The notes below the pieces were generated by a model, which was not told where the DNA came from, ran no database searches, and saw only the letters and a program-made list of their open reading frames with translations. A stretch of DNA of 62,490 nucleotides, counting the filler, from Rhabdomonas costata (Eukaryota), in NCBI GenBank assembly GCA_019059605.1. It is 41 parts of 41 records of this genome, joined end to end, with 100 filler letters (N's around TTAATTAATTAA, not from the genome) between each part and the next. Parts side by side here need not be neighbours in the genome. Positions count along the whole stretch, not along the records: positions 59,539 to 60,964 come from JAHMHO010016275.1; positions 61,065 to 62,490 come from JAHMHO010016276.1; 39 more parts are not named here. The stretch is one strand, 5' to 3'. Every line of letters starts with the position of its first letter. Position 1 is the first letter of the stretch. The translations under genes and the position numbers were made by a program. This document shows positions 59,439 through 62,490 of this stretch, one piece after another.

Positions 59439-61425
59439 NNNNNNNNNNNNNNNNNNNNNNNNNNNNNNNNNNNNNNNNNNNNTTAATTAATTAANNNNNN
59501 NNNNNNNNNNNNNNNNNNNNNNNNNNNNNNNNNNNNNNGGTGGTGGGGTGGCCTGCCTCTCTCTGCCTGTTTCAGAGCAGTCCCTTTCTGTGCTCTCTGC
59601 GCAGACGGTGTTGCCAGAAGAAAGGGCAGGCCACCCCACTGCTGTTGTTGACCGCTGTTGACTTGTGTTTTGTGGGTGGGCGGTGGCCTTGGTGGGATAA
59701 TGAGTCTTGGGGGACCTTCGGGAACATGGTGCATGGTGGGATGGGCTGCGGTGACCCCGCGAGGTTCGGGGTAGAGGTTCTGACTTGCTGAGCGTTCTCT
59801 GCTGTTCGATGCTGTTCTTTTTTCATAGAGGAGTGAGGCGGGTGGCCGGAAGTGCCTCGGCGCCAAACATTCACTTATGCCCCACCCAAGGCTCACGTCT
59901 TTCACGCACACACACACACATTACACAGCCACCACCTCTACATGCCGCATTCGCACCATTTGCAAAGAGCAGAGGGCAGGAGGAAGGTGCGCATCGCCAG
60001 AAACTCGCCAGGCACACTCCCTGAGACAACCTGAGGCAATGGGGCGTAGGTTCGCCGTGCACCATACTTTCAAAATTGCGCCAGAGCGTGCGGGCCCAAA
60101 ACCCCTCCGGTACCCTTCCTTCGTGGTCACATAAGTAAAAAGAAAGAACTTTGTCAACTACTACTTGTCATGAAAAGATTAACCCTAACGTAAGTCGTCT
60201 GCAGTTATGTTGCTCTTGCAAAAACATTTCCGCTTTTTTTTTACAACGCCATTACATTACATTACTTGACCGGAGAGGGAAGTTCCCAATGAATGAACTC
60301 CTGAATTGCAAGGTCCGTGTCATATATTTGATCGAACCAGCGAGTGAGTCACCGCGATACTTAATCGTGTGTAGCTGCAACAGACCTTCCTCCCCCTCTA
60401 CATTCCCACCATGTTGTGAATTCAACGCACCCGCTCAAACAAACAAAACGCACTTCCAGACACACAAACACACACACTTAGTCGAACGCGATTCCACCTC
60501 TCAGAGACGTGAAGCCAGTTGGCTGTAGGGCTCATTCCGTTGGGTGCAGAGCTGAGTTGCTTCCTTTGTTTTGGTGCACGCCTCTCTCACGTGCTCTGTA
60601 TATAAACCGTGTGCAGGGGAGTGAGCCGACGCGTCACTCGCGGCCTCAGATCTCACACCAATTCCATCGGAGGTGGACGTGGGCGGAGGAGGAAAGGAAG
60701 ACCCCACAGTTGCCCTGCATGAGATGATCCCTCCCATATCACTGGGAAGCTCTTTTCCGGAGCAACGCCTCGGTTCACGCGATATCTGGCTAGGTGTCGG
60801 GGAAGAAGAGCTCAGGGATCGATCTCATATTCAGCTTCAAGCTTACTGGGCATGTCTCTGTTCTCAGCCCTCCGGTGCTACCCCAAGTGCCCGTCCTGAG
60901 CCCTCGTGTGCTGGTGCAGTGGGTTTTGCTCCCCTGTGTTCCTCGTGTGCCTGACACCCCCCCCNNNNNNNNNNNNNNNNNNNNNNNNNNNNNNNNNNNN
61001 NNNNNNNNTTAATTAATTAANNNNNNNNNNNNNNNNNNNNNNNNNNNNNNNNNNNNNNNNNNNNTTTTGGGGGGGGGGTGTGTTTGGTTGGTGGGGTGAG
61101 AGCCGCACCACTTTCATCGAAAACAAAGCAGGAGACGCACGATTTTTGGAGCACTGCCGGTGCAAACAGCAGGAAGGGATGAACAAAATGATTGAGTGAC
61201 GTCCCCGTTTGCTCTGTTTCGCCTCAAGTGAGGACGAAAGAGTGACCATCACAGAAAAAGAGGGCACAATATCAAGTGTGCCCACCCAGCAGACACTCCG
61301 TTGAACTTCTTCAAGCTGAAAGCCATGCATGTTCCATTCCATGTTCGTGAATCTGAATCCCCTCGGAATGTGTGTGATCAAGTGTTGCCGAAAGTGTTGG
61401 AAATGGGAAGGAGGAGGGGGTATAC

Positions 61426-61621
61426 CCCCCTGCAGGTGCCTCCATATTCACTGAACGTGGAGCACACGCGGCAGGTGTTGAGTGGGGTGCAGCTGTAGTT
61501 CCCGCCCTTGCACCTCCCTTCGTCGGACTCCTGGCTGCAGGCCTCGTAAGGCAGGCAGGTGTCGAAAGGGAGATACCCACGGCTTGCTATAAACTTGTAC
61601 ACCAGCAGGTGATCGCCGCGG
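61426..61621 (-). CDS. Cathepsin Z/X-like papain-family cysteine protease exon
   Basis: GDHLLVYKFIASRGYLPFDTCLPYEACSQESDEGRCKGGNYSCTPLNTCRVCSTFSEYGGTCRG matches VY.Y....P..TC..Y.AC...N.C..C...C. Donor gtatac. Confidence 0.75.
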
Positions 61622-62134
61622 CTGGTACTCTACTCCCTACACCCCCTTCATCTCCCTTTGTAATTAGTGGGCGTGCTTGGCTGGGCTACTCTTGCCCCAA
61701 GCTCAGCACCGGCGAAAACAAAAGAAAAAATAGAGCGAGTCTTTGTATTTACATGTATTTTGTGCTTTATAGTCTTATTCTTTTGTTTCTTTTGTGCTTA
61801 GTTTACCCCAAATCACTCTCGCGTTCCTTCTTGTAAATTGTTTTTTGTGCTGCACACTTCACGAACTCTTTGTGACTCTGTTGCAGTGCCGTGACAGTTT
61901 TTTGGTTTAAATATTAATTAATTCCCCGACAGCCTTGATCTGTAATATGCACCATGCAAAGCGCAAAGTGCTGAAATCAATGGTCAGAAGGGAGCCAGAC
62001 GGCAAGTCGACTAGCGGCAAGTTGCGAGGTGGTCAGCGGTTATAGGGCGAAACGGGGCGAAATTGAAGATGAAAAACATCTCAAAAAATGAAGGTACAGT
62101 GGATAATGGGGAGTATTGTTGGACCAGAGTTGCA

Positions 62135-62338
62135 CAAAGTTCTCAAAGTTCAACGTGGACCAAAAGTTCAATTCAATGCCACCCACTTCAAATTTCAGTG
62201 TAATTCCTTGCGGGCGAAAAGGTCAAAAATCCTCAAAGTTCAACTCAATGCCAGCCAAAAACCCTCAAAACCCCTAAAACCTCAAAGTTCATTGTGAGGC
62301 AGTTCAAAGTTCAATCATATAACATGGTTCAAAGTTCA
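62135..62338 (+). repeat. Seven irregularly spaced AAAGTTC motifs
   Basis: Copies near 62135, 62144, 62162, 62234, 62283, 62305 and 62330. Confidence 0.75.
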
Positions 62339-62490
62339 GAGACGAAGTATTTAGAAAGTTATACGGCACTCCTTTCGCAGTGACCCTTTTTTTCCTTCCC
62401 TTATATTTTGTTATTCATGTTGACAATTTATGATGTCCTGGACCTCTGCAATGATGAAAAAAAGCTTCGGGAGTGGCTGAAAGGTTACGG

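Noticed and set aside
62135..62338. Repeat clusters here and at 359-392, 7952-8017, 26502-26538 as CRISPR arrays
   Set aside because: Repeats are too short or only two copies, spacing is irregular, and no cas genes are present.

Overview
This window is not one contiguous locus. It is about 41 unrelated, size-sorted contigs of ~1,426-1,428 bp joined by an artificial 100-nt spacer (N44-TTAATTAATTAA-N44), so gene order across spacers is meaningless. Many contig ends are G/T-only (5') or C/A-only (3'), typical of whole-genome-amplification primer tails. The DNA is from an intron-rich eukaryote with short GC-rich exons. Its splice donors mostly read GTRYG rather than GTRAG, which suggests Euglenozoa (inference). 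Three GC donors and one probable GA donor also occur. Recognisable spliced gene fragments: RCC1-repeat protein, Cys-rich surface protein, IP3 receptor, tryptophanase/tyrosine phenol-lyase, two PDR/ABCG transporter pieces, Cache-domain receptor cyclase, AcpA-type phosphoesterase, IQ protein, DnaJ, TrpB2, M16 insulinase, RRM protein, Mrt4, a two-component receiver (probable hybrid histidine kinase), PEGA, LRR, Ig-like repeat protein and cathepsin Z-like protease. There is also a decayed Ty3/Gypsy pol and several hairpin/MITE-like elements. The most interesting signals are the relaxed splice-donor code, intron-containing prokaryote-type enzymes (possible indole release/salvage pair, AcpA) and a ~90-150 bp dispersed element seen in three contigs. 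No CRISPR array, rRNA or tRNA is supported. Protein calls come from motif recognition by eye; no searches were run.
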